64,000 nt of DNA, from positions 7,969 through 71,968 of the forward strand of contig CAVQLP010000010.1 in assembly GCA_963713375.1 (NCBI GenBank), read 5' to 3'. Within the stretch, counting starts at the first letter, position 1. Every line of letters starts with the position of its first letter. A program made the translations under genes and the position numbers. Source of the stretch: an uncultured Acidimicrobiaceae bacterium. Its GTDB lineage: Bacteria > Actinomycetota > Acidimicrobiia > Acidimicrobiales > RAAP-2. The notes under the pieces are model-generated. The model searched no databases, was not told the DNA's origin, and saw nothing but the letters and a program-made list of their open reading frames with translations. Below are positions 32,038-42,776 of this stretch, one piece after another.

Positions 32038-34548
32038 TCAACCCTCGGCCGGGTCGGCCGGAGCCCCCTGCACCAACTCGAAGGACGGGTTCAGCATGGC
32101 GGGCCGGCGGCCCCAGGCCCCCACCATGCCCTCGGCGACCAGGCGTGCCCCGGGCTCGATGCCCGCGATCCTGGGCCGGCCCTGGAAGACCAGGAGCAGT
32201 CCCCCTGTGCCGTCGCTGAGAACGCACTCGAGGTTCTGCGTCCCGGCCCGGGGCTGCACCCGGACCGACTTGACCCGGCCGGCCACCCGGACCCGCTGGC
32301 GCGGCAAGACCGAGGCAATCGGGGTGGTGGCGCCGGCCCGCTGGGCCAGCGTCTGGTCGGCGGCCAACACCGCCGCCGGTCGGCGGGGCCCGTCTCGCCG
32401 GCCCTGGCGGTCGAGGCCCGTGCGGCCTTCGGTATCGATGCGCTCGTCGCCGACCTCGCCCCGGCGCGCCTGCTCCTGGACCGAACGGCCGTAGCGCCGT
32501 ACCTGATCGCCGTACTGGCCGGCCACGTTGAAGGGCACGATGGTGGCGCTCACGTGGGGCACCTGGCCCAGGACGGCGGCGATCTTGTCGGCCGTGCGGT
32601 CGTGCAGGAAGCGCTGCCAGCCCCGGGCGAAGGCCCGTCGGGGCAGGAGCACGGTGCATTCCGTGTCGCCGTCGAGTGTGGCGTCGGCCACCAGCTCGAC
32701 CGCGGCGCGGCCCAGCCGGCGGTCCGGGCACTCGATGATGTCGAGCGGCAGGCGCGACAGTCCGAGGCGGCCCCACTCGTCCTCGAGCTCGCGGGCCGCC
32801 TTCGTGTCGATGTCGAAATGCACCGCCCGCAGGTCGTCGGGGGCCAGGGTGCGGGCGTACTGCAGCGCCCGCGCCGTGGCGGCGTCGAGGCGGTCCACCA
32901 GGACCACCACGACGTGGCGGCGCAGGATCGGGGTCTCGGACACCTCGACCACGCCGGTCTCGAGCAGCTCGGCCTCGCGCACGTACTGGTGGTGCAGCCT
33001 GATGAGCCCGATGTAGAGGAGCGGACCCACCACCACGATGAGCCAGGCACCCTCCTTGAACTTGGCCACCGCGAAGATCAGGACGACCGTGACGGAGAGG
33101 AACGCGGAGAAGCCGTTGATGACGACACTGCGTCGCCAGTGGCCCTCGCGCGCCGTCAGGTGGTGTTTCACCATGCCCGATCCAGCCATGGTGAACCCGG
33201 TGAACACGCCGATGGCGTAGAGGGCGACCAGCCCGTTGACCGATGCCCGGTACACGAGGATCAGGGCGAGGGCCACACCGGTGAGCACCAGGATCCCGTT
33301 GGAGAAGGCCAGCCGGTGCCCGCGCCGGGTCAGCTGCCGGGGCAAGAAGGCGTCGCCGGCCACGAAGCTGGCCAGGTACGGGAAACCGTTGAAGCTGGTG
33401 TTGCCGCCGGTGTAAAGGATCAGCATGGTGGCGAACTGCACCACGTAGAAGAGGAAGTGGCCGACGGGGCTGGTCCCGAAGACCGCCCTGACCTCCTGGG
33501 ACACCACCGTCGGGCTCCCTGTCTGGAACGGCACGGCGTGGGTCCACTTGGCCAGCAGCGTGACACCGAGGACGAGGAAGCCCAGCGTCGTGCTCATGAC
33601 GACGAGGGTCTGGCGGGCGTTCTTCGACTCCGGCTTCTGGAAGCTGCTCACCCCGTTGGAGATGGCCTCGAGCCCGGTGAGTGACGACCCTCCGTTGGCG
33701 AAGGAGCGCAACAGCGAAATGAAGGCGAGGCCCATCAGCCAACCCGATCCGGGCGTCCCGATCTTCCCACCGAAGACCTGATTCGCCGGGGGCAGCGGGA
33801 TCTGGTGCAGCTGGCCCAACGCCTCCTTGATGAAGCCGAAGATGATGACCGAGGCCAACGAGAAGATGAAGAAGTACGTGGGGATGGCGAAGAAGCTGCC
33901 CGCCTCCCGGATCCCCCGCAGGTTTCCGTAGAGCAGGATCAACACCACGGCCACGGTGATGGAGACGGTGGCCGTGGTGTTGGCCAGGCTGGGGACCGCG
34001 CTGGTGAGTGCGGCCGTGCCGGCCGACGTCTGCACGGCGACGGTCACCGTGTAGTCGATCAGCAGCGCCACCGCGGCGATCTGGGCGACCCGCGGGCCGA
34101 AGTTGTCCCGCGCCACCACGTAGGACCCGCCCGCCTTGGTGTAGAGCTGGATCACCTCGAGGTACGACAGGGTCACGAAGAACAGCACGCCGAGGATGGC
34201 CAGCGTGATCGGCACCACCAGCGTGAAGGCGGCCAGACCCACGTAGGGCACCAACTGGGTCAGCATCTCCTCGGTGCCGTAGGCCGAGGAAGAAATGCAG
34301 TCGGGCGACAGCACGCCGAGGGCGGTCGGCTTGCCCAGGCGCTCGGAGGCCAGCTGCTCGGTGACCAACGGCGGTCCGAGCAACTTGTTCTTCAGCCGGT
34401 ACCGCCGCGACTCGGGGATCTCCGCCGCCGCCGGCCCGGGCAACGGCACCGTCGGACGCAGTCGTCCGGGCAGCCTGTTCGCCTCGGCGTCGTCGGAGGG
34501 CGGCGAGGTCGACGCCGTGGGGGTGGCCACGCCACAGAGTAGAAGCAT
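32038..34548 (-). CDS. APC-family permease with cytoplasmic C-domain, reading without a stop into an OB-fold (Rv2694c-like) module
   Basis: Start MLLLCGVATPT at 34546-34548. LGVLSPDCISSSAYGTEEML, 12 or so TM helices, and RRHVVVVLVDRLDAATARALQYAR. The last ~125 aa read AGATTPIASVLPRQRVRVAGRVKSVRVQPRAGTQNLECVLSDGTGGLLLVFQGRPRIAGIEPG..NPSFELV, which is normally a separate small gene. Confidence 0.75.
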   Translation of the reverse strand: MLLLCGVATPTASTSPPSDDAEANRLPGRLRPTVPLPGPAAAEIPESRRYRLKNKLLGPPLVTEQLASERLGKPTALGVLSPDCISSSAYGTEEMLTQLVPYVGLAAFTLVVPITLAILGVLFFVTLSYLEVIQLYTKAGGSYVVARDNFGPRVAQIAAVALLIDYTVTVAVQTSAGTAALTSAVPSLANTTATVSITVAVVLILLYGNLRGIREAGSFFAIPTYFFIFSLASVIIFGFIKEALGQLHQIPLPPANQVFGGKIGTPGSGWLMGLAFISLLRSFANGGSSLTGLEAISNGVSSFQKPESKNARQTLVVMSTTLGFLVLGVTLLAKWTHAVPFQTGSPTVVSQEVRAVFGTSPVGHFLFYVVQFATMLILYTGGNTSFNGFPYLASFVAGDAFLPRQLTRRGHRLAFSNGILVLTGVALALILVYRASVNGLVALYAIGVFTGFTMAGSGMVKHHLTAREGHWRRSVVINGFSAFLSVTVVLIFAVAKFKEGAWLIVVVGPLLYIGLIRLHHQYVREAELLETGVVEVSETPILRRHVVVVLVDRLDAATARALQYARTLAPDDLRAVHFDIDTKAARELEDEWGRLGLSRLPLDIIECPDRRLGRAAVELVADATLDGDTECTVLLPRRAFARGWQRFLHDRTADKIAAVLGQVPHVSATIVPFNVAGQYGDQVRRYGRSVQEQARRGEVGDERIDTEGRTGLDRQGRRDGPRRPAAVLAADQTLAQRAGATTPIASVLPRQRVRVAGRVKSVRVQPRAGTQNLECVLSDGTGGLLLVFQGRPRIAGIEPGARLVAEGMVGAWGRRPAMLNPSFELVQGAPADPAEG

Positions 34549-34602
34549 TCCTGTGCCTCTCCTGGACCGCCTTTTGCACGACCCCGGCGGGCGTGTTGCA
34601 CT

Positions 34603-35283
34603 GTGGCCGTGCACGTCGTCGTCGTCGGTTGTGGCCGGGTGGGCTCGGGCCTGGCCGTCCTGTTGAGCAAGGAGGGCCACTCGGTGGCCGTCCTGGACAG
34701 GTCGCCGCGGGCATTCCGGCGCCTCAAGGACTGGGACGGTCCCCGCATCGTGGGCTCGGGGTTCGACCGCGACGACCTCGAGAAGGCCGGGGCGAACGAG
34801 GCCGGCGCGCTGGCCGCCGTGACCAGCGGGGACAACACCAACATCCTGACCGTTCGTATCGCCCGGGAGACCTACAAGATCCCCCACGTGGTGGCCCGCA
34901 TCTACGACCCCCGCCGCGCCGAGATCTACCAGCGCCTCGGGATTCCCACCGTGGCCACCGTGACGTGGACCATCGACCAGGTCCGACGGCGCCTGCTCCC
35001 CGAGGAGACGAGCGGCGACTGGTCCGACGCCAGCGGCCGTCTCTCGCTGCTCGACCGTTCGCTCCCCGAGAACTGGGCCGGCCGCGCGCTGCGCGACATC
35101 GAGGTCCCCGGCCACATCTCGCTGATCGCCGTCACGCGGGCCGGAGCGCCCCGTCTCGATGCCCGCGAGCTCGTCGGCCAGGAGGGCGACGTGCTGCACC
35201 TGGCGGTGCTCGACGACGCCCGCAAGGAGCTCGACTGGACCCTGTCCGGCACGGTCGGGCACCACAAGGACGCTGAATCGTGA
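34603..35283 (+). CDS. trkA: TrkA-family potassium uptake protein (RCK; NAD-binding + C-domain)
   Basis: VVVVGCGRVGSGLA Rossmann motif, intact 226 aa, divergent from the APC permease. Confidence 0.9.
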   Translation: MAVHVVVVGCGRVGSGLAVLLSKEGHSVAVLDRSPRAFRRLKDWDGPRIVGSGFDRDDLEKAGANEAGALAAVTSGDNTNILTVRIARETYKIPHVVARIYDPRRAEIYQRLGIPTVATVTWTIDQVRRRLLPEETSGDWSDASGRLSLLDRSLPENWAGRALRDIEVPGHISLIAVTRAGAPRLDARELVGQEGDVLHLAVLDDARKELDWTLSGTVGHHKDAES

Positions 35284-35948
35284 GGGTCGCCATCGCCGGC
35301 GCGGGCAGCGTCGGCACCGCCATCGCGTCTGACCTCAGGAAGAGCGGTCACGACGTGCTCGTGCTCGAGCAGGATCCCGATCTGGTCGAGCGCCTGCGCC
35401 CGACGCTCGACATCACGTGGATCGCCGCCGACGCCTGCGAAGTCTCCTCGCTCGACGCCGCCGGGCTCGCCACGGTCGACGTCGTCGTGGCGGCCACGGG
35501 TGACGACGAGGACAACCTCGTCATCTCGCTTCTGGCCAAGCAGGAGTTCGCGGTGCCCCGCGTGGTGGCCCGGGTCAACCATCCGAAGAACCAGTGGCTC
35601 TTCAACGAGAGCTGGGGGGTGGACGTTTCGGTGTCCACGCCCCAACTGCTCACCGCACTGGTCGAAGAGGCCGTCTCGGTCGGTTCGTTGGTCCGCCTGC
35701 TCCAGTTCCAGGGTGGCGCCGCCCACCTGGTCGAGATCACCCTGGCCGAGGACTCTCCGGCCAACGACACGGCCATCGCCGATCTGGACTTCCCCCGCGA
35801 TGCCGTCGTGGTGGCCGTCGTCCGGGGGGACCGGCTCGTCGTGCCCCGGGGCGACACCATCGTCCAGTCGGGCGACGAGGTGCTCGTGCTCGTCACGGCC
35901 GAAGCCGAGGACGCAGTGCACGCCGCGTTCATCGCAGCGGGGCTGTAA
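35280..35948 (+). CDS. trkA: second TrkA-family potassium uptake protein
   Basis: The GTG start overlaps the previous stop (GTGA). VAIAGAGSVGTAIA Rossmann motif, intact 222 aa. Confidence 0.9.
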   Translation: MRVAIAGAGSVGTAIASDLRKSGHDVLVLEQDPDLVERLRPTLDITWIAADACEVSSLDAAGLATVDVVVAATGDDEDNLVISLLAKQEFAVPRVVARVNHPKNQWLFNESWGVDVSVSTPQLLTALVEEAVSVGSLVRLLQFQGGAAHLVEITLAEDSPANDTAIADLDFPRDAVVVAVVRGDRLVVPRGDTIVQSGDEVLVLVTAEAEDAVHAAFIAAGL

Positions 35949-36067
35949 GCAACCTTCCCGCAACCCCCGAAACGGCCCAGTTCAGGGGCCCCGTTTGTTC
36001 GCGGCCGAGACGACCAACCGTCACCGTGGCTAAAGCGAGGGTGTCCTTCACCCGTACCATTAGAGAT

Positions 36068-36872
36068 ATGGAGGCGGCCTTCTTCGATCTCGACAAGACG
36101 GTCATCGACCGCGCCTCCATCGCGGCCTTCGGCCGGCCCTTCATGAAGGGCGGCCTCATCAACCGCCGCCTGGTGGCCCGGGCGGCCATATCGCAGCTCA
36201 TCTACCTGTACTTCGGTGCCGACGAGGACCGCCTCGTGCGAGTGCGCGAATCGATGCTCGCCATCACCAAGGGGTGGGACCGGGCCCAGGTCCGTCAGAT
36301 CGTGCGCGAGACGATGCTGCAGACGATCGAGCCGATCATGTACGCCGAGGCGCTCGAGCTCATGGAGACGCACCGGGCCGCCGGCCACCGCGTCTATCTC
36401 GTGTCGGCGTCGCCCGAGGAGATCGTGCTGCCACTCGCCGATCTGCTGGGGGTCGACGGAGCCATCTGCTCGCGCGGTGAGGTGGACGAGGAGGGTCGCT
36501 ACACGGGACGCATGGCGTTCTACGCCTACGGCGAGGCCAAGGCGTGCGCCATGCGCGAGCTGGCCGAGCGCACGGGCCTCGACCTGGCGGCCAGCAGCGC
36601 CTACTCGGACTCGGCGACCGATCTCCCCATGCTCGAAGCGGTCGGCCGCCCCGTGGCGGTGAACCCCGACCGGGCCTTGGCCAAGGTGGCCCGCGAGCGC
36701 GGCTGGGAGATGCGCAACTTCACCAAGCCGATCCGCCTACGCGACCGCGTCGGGTCGCACCACGCCGGTGGTGACGACCAGCCTGGCGGTGGCCGGGGCT
36801 GCGCTGATCCTGTGGCGCCGCGGCGTGAAGGTCCGCCACGCCGCGAATGCGCTCGCAGGCCGCGCCGCGTAG
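36068..36872 (+). pseudogene. HAD-IB family hydrolase (SerB-like) with C-terminal TM helix; one frame change near 36750
   Basis: AFFDLDKTVI (DxDxT), YLVSASPEEIV, SDSATDLPMLEAVGRPVAVNPD. A shift restores PVVTTSLAVAGAALILWRRG and the stop at 36870-36872. Confidence 0.7.
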
Positions 36873-36927
36873 CACCGCACCTGCTTGTCGTTAGAGAAGG
36901 CGAGTCCGGGCGACCGCCCGTACCCGA

Positions 36928-37002
36928 TTAGGCCTCGCGCAGACGGCGGGCGGCGACGACGCCGATGGCAACCAGGAGTGCGAGGATCAGCAGCTTCTTC
37001 AT
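36928..37002 (-). CDS. possible 24-aa single-TM micropeptide
   Basis: Hand translation MKKLLILALLVAIGVVAARRLREA, with AGGA 8 nt upstream. It sits in the gap between the HAD and sigma genes and resembles tiny actinobacterial membrane peptides. Weak evidence. Confidence 0.3.
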   Translation of the reverse strand: MKKLLILALLVAIGVVAARRLREA

Positions 37003-37062
37003 GAGCGAGATCCTATGCCGACGCCGCGGGCGCGTTGAACGCCCAGCGCCCCACGGTGGGAC

Positions 37063-38001
37063 TCAGACGGTGAGCAGGTCCCGGGCGCCGGTGTCCGACG
37101 ACGGGTGACGCAACTTGGACATCGCCCGCGCCTCAATCTGACGGATGCGCTCCCGGGTCAGGTTGAAGTGCTCACCCACCTCTTCGAGCGTCCGGGGCTC
37201 GCCCCGGTCCAGCCCGAAGCGCAACCGCAGGATCTCCCGCTCACGCTCGTCGAGCGGTGAGAGGAGGCGGCCGATCTCATCGGGCAGCAACGACACCGCG
37301 GCCACCTCGAAGGGTGACTCGGCCGAGCGGTCCTCGACGACGTCGCCCAGCTCGGCGTCCCCGTCCTCACGCAGCGGCTCGGAGAGCGACAGCGGCTCGG
37401 CTCGGAAACGCAGAGCCTCGACCAGCTTGTCCTCGGGCATTTCGACCTCGATGCCCAACTCGGCCAGCGTGGCCGGGCGGCCCAGCTTCAGCTCCAGACG
37501 GGCCTGCGCCTTCTGCACGCGAGCCAGCGTGTCGCCGGCGTGGACGGGCAGGCGAATGGTGCGCCCCGTGTTGGCGATGCCGCGGGTGATGGCCTGGCGG
37601 ATCCACCATGTGGCATACGTCGAGAACTTGAAGCCCTTGCGCCAGTCGAACTTCTCGACGGCGTGCATCAGGCCGAGGTTGCCCTCCTGAATCAGGTCGA
37701 GGAGCGGGAGACCCGAAGCCTGGTACTTCTTGGCGATCGACACGACCAGCCGGAGGTTCGACTGCACGAACGTCTGTTGCGCCTGCTCGCCCTCCATGAC
37801 GGCTCGGCGCAGCTCGCGCTTCTTGGCCGTGGTCAGACCCTTGGGCGCCTTGGCCACGTCGCCCTCGGCGGCTCGACCGGCCTCAATGGCCTGGGCCAGG
37901 CGGACCTCGTCGTCCTTGGTCAGCAGGGGGTACTGGCCGATGTCTGTCAGATAGAGGCGTACGAGGTCTTCGTCGTCGCGCTCAATTCGTTCCTTCGCCA
38001 A
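37063..38001 (-). CDS. RNA polymerase sigma-70 factor, group 2-like (no long region 1.1)
   Basis: [37 protein letters not shown] (region 2) and [26 protein letters not shown] (region 4.2). Intact 312 aa. Confidence 0.9.
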   Translation of the reverse strand: MAKERIERDDEDLVRLYLTDIGQYPLLTKDDEVRLAQAIEAGRAAEGDVAKAPKGLTTAKKRELRRAVMEGEQAQQTFVQSNLRLVVSIAKKYQASGLPLLDLIQEGNLGLMHAVEKFDWRKGFKFSTYATWWIRQAITRGIANTGRTIRLPVHAGDTLARVQKAQARLELKLGRPATLAELGIEVEMPEDKLVEALRFRAEPLSLSEPLREDGDAELGDVVEDRSAESPFEVAAVSLLPDEIGRLLSPLDEREREILRLRFGLDRGEPRTLEEVGEHFNLTRERIRQIEARAMSKLRHPSSDTGARDLLTV

Positions 38002-38224
38002 GTTGGTGCCTCTATCCTTCCAAAAGGGCCAAGGCGGGGGAATTCGCCGGCCGTGTTCGCGCTCGTTTAAGGCAGCATGCGCCCGTTCCTGGCGTTTCTC
38101 GGCTGCGGAGACAGTGTAATGGGGCTGTCAAGATGCGCGTACAGCAGGGAAAACGCGGAAGTTGTCGAAGACCCGTTCGAAAACCGTCACCAAGTCGCCC
38201 GGGGCCGACGTCGGGTCGATTCCG

Positions 38225-38712
38225 TCACCAAGATTTCGCACAACAAAGCGGCCGGACCTGGTTTCTCCCATCGCGATCCGGCGACGCATCGGCCAGGACT
38301 TCGGCCACCGAGCCCTCGCTCACCGGCGAGGCGGTCGCCAGATGGGCCCCGTAGATCTCGCCCAGGCGAGGCAGCACCGCCGAGACGAGGACGGCCGCCC
38401 CGGCTCCGACCTCGTCGAGGGCGCCGAGCCGCTCGAAGGCCTCGGCCATCTCGGCCGATGGGGGCCGGACCAGCGCGCCGGCGTCGACGCCCGCCCGCAC
38501 CGGCAGTCGTTCGGCCCACCGGGTGGCCAGCTCGCCGTGGCGGCGCGCCACTGCGGCGCACCAGAAGCGCACCCCCGGGTCCCCCTCCATGCTGGCGCCC
38601 CCAGGCGCCGGTCACCTCGAACGTCCGCCACTCGAGCCAGGTGTAGTGCCCGACCAGCGCGGCCAGCGCGTCGATCCCGCGCCAGCCCGGGTCCGGCCGC
38701 CTCAGCCACCAC
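38225..38712 (-). pseudogene. hypothetical protein downstream of nadE; frame changes; start unresolved
   Basis: IDALAALVGHYTWLEWRTFEVTGAWG in one frame joins DPGVRFWCAAVARRHGELATRWAERLPVRAGVD..LGALDEVGAGAAVLVSAVLPRLGEIYGAHL in another. No family recognised. Confidence 0.3.
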
Positions 38713-40442
38713 CCGACTCCTCGAGCGCCGAGGAGCGGTAGCGGTTGGTGATCGGCATCCGGCGGTCCTTGCCGAAGGCCTTCGTCGTGATGCGCACGCC
38801 CGGCGGGTTCTGGCGGCGCTTGTACTCGGCGCCGTCCACCAGGCGGACCACCTGGTCGACCACCGCCGGGTCGAACCCTTCGGCGACGAGCTCGGCCGCA
38901 GTGCGGTCGCGCTCCACGTAGCCGGCGAGCACCGGGTCGAGCTCCTCGTAGGGCGGCAGCGACTGATCGTCGCGCTGGTCCGGCCGCAGCTCGGCGGACG
39001 GCGGCTTGTCGAGCACGCTGTCGGGTATGGGCCCCGGCAGCCCCTCGAGCACGGCCTGGGTGTTGCGGTAGCGACACAGCTCGTAGACCAACGTCTTGGG
39101 CACGTCCTTGATCACCGCGAAGCCGCCGGCCGAGTCGCCGTAGAGCGTCGAGTAGCCGGTCGCCATCTCGCTCTTGTTGCCGGTGGTCAGGACGATCCAC
39201 CCCTTGGCGTTCGACACCGCCATGAGGAGCACGCCGCGCAGGCGTGACTGGAGGTTCTCGTCGGTGAGCCCGAAGGGCTCGCGCCCGAGCACCGGCGCCA
39301 GCATCGACGCGAAGGCCACGTGGGCCTCCTCAATCGGCACGACCTTGATGTCGATCCCGAGGCGCTCGGCCAGTGCCTCGGCGTCCTGGCGCGACCCGTC
39401 GCTCGAGTACCGCGAGGGCATGGCAATGCCGTGCACCCGCTCCGGCCCGAGCGCGTCGACCGCCACCGTCGCCACCAACGAGGAGTCGATGCCACCCGAC
39501 AGCCCGATCACCGCCTCGGCGAAGCCGTTCTTCGAGAGGTAGTCGTGCGTGCCCAGGACGAGGGCCGAATAGACCTCAGCCTCGTCGCTCAACGCCGGGA
39601 CGACCGGTCGCGGCGCCAGAGGAGGTCGCTCGGTCACGCGCTCGTCGGTGACGTGCACGCGGGGCAGGAGCTCGGTCACGGCGTGCATCCGGCGCGGGCC
39701 GACCGGCAGGTCGACGACCACGAAGTCGGGGGCGAACTGTGCACCCGAGGCGAGCAGCGTGCCGTCGGCTCCCATGATGAGCGAGTCGCCGTCGAAGACG
39801 AGCTCGTCCTGACCGCCGACCTGGTTGACGTAGGCGATGGCGCAACCAGCCTCGGCCACCCGCCCCTCGAGCATGGCCAGGCGCTCGTGGCGCCGGCCCC
39901 GGTTGTAGGGCGACGCGTTCAGGTTGACCACCACGTCGGCCCCGGCCCGGCCGGCGTGGGCCACCGGCCCGCCGTCGAACCAGACGTCCTCGCAGATCGA
40001 CACGCCCACCCAGGCGCCGGCCACGTCGAAGAGCGTCGGCGGCTCGGTCCCGGCCTCGAAGTAGCGCTGCTCGTCGAACACGCCGTAGTTGGGGAGGCAC
40101 TGCTTGCGGTAGACGCCGGCCACCCGACCCCGGGCGCACACGGCGGCCGCGTTGGCCAGCCCGTGGCCTCCGGGTGCCGCCGCCACGAAGCCGACCACGA
40201 TCGCGCAGTCGCCGGTGGCCGCCGCCACCTTCTCGAGCGCGGCCACGTTGTCGGCCACGAAGCCGGGCTTGAGGAGCAGGTCTTCGGGCGGGTAACCGGG
40301 GATGGCGAGTTCGGGCACCACGCAGAGGTCCGCCCCGGCCGCCTCGGCGGCGGCGAGGGCGCTCGAGGATCAGCTCCACGTTGCCCGGCAGGTCGCCCAC
40401 GACGGTGTTGAGCTGCGCGGCGGCCAGGCGCAGGTGTGGCAT
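38702..40442 (-). pseudogene. nadE: glutamine-dependent NAD+ synthetase; one frame change near 40340
   Basis: MPHLRLAAAQLNTVVGDLPGNVELIL (nitrilase domain start) joins the 539-aa ORF with VPELAIPGYPPEDL, CEDVW, GLSGGIDSSLV (PP-loop) and the end KRRQNPPGVRIT. Confidence 0.85.
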
Positions 40443-40552
40443 CGGTCCAGATTACCGGGACCCTCCCCGGGCCCGATGGGGCGACCACCGGCCCGCGCCG
40501 GCCGCTCGGGGGAGCCGCCGGGAAAGCAGGGGTGCGGCGGCATGCGAAGCTT

Positions 40553-41894
40553 GTGCTGGTGCAAAGCCAGCGGGACTACGTGCTCCGGACCGTCGAGGAG
40601 CGGGGCATCCGCTTCGTCCAGTTGTGGTTCACCGACGTGCTCGGGACCCCCAAGGGGTTCAACATCACCTCGACCGAGCTCGACAACGCGCTCGACGAGG
40701 GGATGACCTTCGACGGCTCGGCCATCGACGGCTTCAGCCGGGTCCAGGAGGCCGACGTGCTGGCCCGGCCCGACCCGAAGACCTTTCAGCTGCTGCCCTG
40801 GCACCACGACGACGCGCAGGTGGCCCGGGTCTTCTGCGACATCGCCAACCTCGACGGGACGCCCTTCGAGGGCGACCCCCGGCACGCGTTGCGCCGCACC
40901 CTCGAAAAGGCCCGGGCGGCCGGCTTCACGTTCTTCGCCTCCCCCGAGGTCGAGTTCTTCTACTTCGCCGACGCCGACCCCGGCCGGGGTCCGGTCACCC
41001 TCGACTCGGGTTCCTACTTCGACCTCAGCGTGGCCGACCTGACGAGTGACCTGCGCCGGCGCTCGGTGTTGATGCTCGAGGAGATGGGCATCCCGGTCGA
41101 GCACACCCAGCACGAGGACGCGCGCAGCCAGCACGAAATCGACCTGCGCTACACCGACGCACTGACCATGGCCGACACGGTCATGACGACGCGCATGGTG
41201 ATCAAGGAGATGGCGCGCCAGGAGGGCGTGTTCGCCTCGTTCATGCCCAAGCCTCTGGGCGGCGTGCAGGGATCGGGCATGCACACCCACATCTCGCTGT
41301 GGGAGGGCGAGCGCAACGCGTTCGTCGACGAGAACGATCGCTACGGGCTTTCCGAGGTGGCGCGGCGCTTCATCGCCGGCCTACTGCACCACGCCCGCGA
41401 GATCACCGCCGTCACCAACCAGTGGGTCAACTCCTACAAGCGCCTCATCGGTGGCTACGAGGCGCCGGTCCACGTGAGCTGGGCCCGCAACAACCGCTCG
41501 GCGCTGGTCCGGGTGCCCGTGGTCAAAATGGGCAAGTCCGAGTCGACCCGGCTGGAGTACCGGGCCCCCGACAGCGCCTGCAACCCGTACCTGACCTTCG
41601 CCGTCATCCTGGCCGCCGGTCTGCGCGGGCTGACCGAGGACTACCCGCTGCCCCCCGAGGCGGACGAGAACCTGTTCGCCCTCACGCCCAAGGAGCTGGC
41701 CAAGAAGGGCATCGAATCGTTGCCCTCGAGCCTGCATGATGCCGTGAACGAAATGGAGGGCTCCGAGCTGCTGGCCGACACGCTCGGCGACCACGTCTTC
41801 GAGTGGTTCATCCGCAACAAGCGCGAGGAGTGGGACGCCTACCAGGCCGAGGTCACCCAGTTCGAGCTCGACCGCTACCTGCCCGCTGCTCTAG
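40553..41894 (+). pseudogene. glnA: glutamine synthetase (type I, GlnA2-like); a 1-nt insertion 3 codons before the stop causes read-through
   Basis: IRFVQLWFTDVLG, FDGSAIDGF, EVEFFYF, HEIDLRY, GSGMHTHISLW, NRSALVRVP. At 41881-41894 gcccgctgctctag, deleting one c gives YLPLL-stop. Start is GTG at 40553 or 40559. Confidence 0.85.
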
Positions 41895-41908
41895 CCCATC
41901 CCCCGCAC

Positions 41909-42776
41909 ATGGACCCGCTCCTCTGCTTCCCCGCCGACCTGCCCGCCGAGGTGACCCTCGCCCTGCAGAGCGCGGGCCTGGGTCACCAGGGCGTCACGGG
42001 TCCCGACGAGGTGACGCCGCCCGGTCCCGACGGCCGGACCGAGGGCTACTCGGGCGCGCTGGTCGTGGCGGGCAGCGACATGACGGCGTCCGTGGCCTTC
42101 TGCCGGCACCTGCGCCTGCGCGAGGTGCCGCTCACCCCGCTGCTCTTCTGCATCAGCCCAGGAGCAGGTCGGCGAGCTGCTCCTGCGCGACGACCTCTAC
42201 GACGACTTCTGCGTGCTGCCGGCCCGACCCGAGGAGCTGGTGGCCCGCCTGCAACACCTCTTCTGGCGGACGGGCCAGAGCATGCGCCCCGACATCATCG
42301 AGTACGGGCCGCTGATGCTGAACCTCGAGACGTACCAGGCGGCGGTGGCCGGGCGCGTGCTCGACCTGACCTACATGGAGTACGAGCTGCTGCGCTTCCT
42401 GGCCGGCCACCCGGCCAAGGTGTTCACCCGCGAGACCTTGCTCAGCCGGGTCTGGGGTTACGAGTACTACGGCGGGGCGCGCACGGTCGACGTCCACATC
42501 CGCCGCCTGCGGGCGAAGCTCGGCGAGGAGCACGCCCACCTGATCCAGACCGTGCGCTCGGTCGGCTACCGCTTCGGGCAGGTGGCGTGGCACCCCGGCG
42601 CGGCGGCCCAGCGCAACGGCGCGCGGCGGGAGTCGCCCAAGGCGAGCCGTCGGCCGCCGCCGCGGGCGGCGCGCTCAGCCCGGCGGCGCGTAGGCCCAGG
42701 CTTCGACCTCTATCCGGGCCCCGACCGGCAAGCGCCGCCACCGCCACGGCCGAGCGGGTGGGCCGGTTCTCGGTGA
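41909..42776 (+). pseudogene. glnR: GlnR-like OmpR-family orphan response regulator (atypical receiver + wHTH); one frame change near 42157; 3' end uncertain
   Basis: After correction: ISQEQVGELLLRDDLYDDFCVLPARPEELVARLQHLFWR, then YGPLMLNLETYQAAVAGRVLDLTYMEYELLRFLAGHP..VDVHIRRLRAKLG..IQTVRSVGYRF. The tail past 42600 overlaps ridA and is probably not real. Confidence 0.6.

Noticed and set aside
31970-34714. 914-aa minus-strand ORF
   Set aside because: It is an alternative frame of the APC permease gene. The translation is almost pure Arg/Pro/Gly/Ala, and the in-frame permease reading has clear TM helices and motifs.
35594-36067. 5' extension of the HAD hydrolase ORF (445-aa ORF from 35594)
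   Set aside because: The extension overlaps the second trkA gene out of frame and is Arg/Gly-rich. The HAD motif DxDxT follows directly after ATG 36068.
38100-38160. TTGACA / TACACT hexamers upstream of the sigma-factor gene as its promoter
   Set aside because: The two hexamers are only 7 nt apart, and no acceptable -10 lies 16-18 nt after the TTGACA. Support is not good enough to call a promoter.
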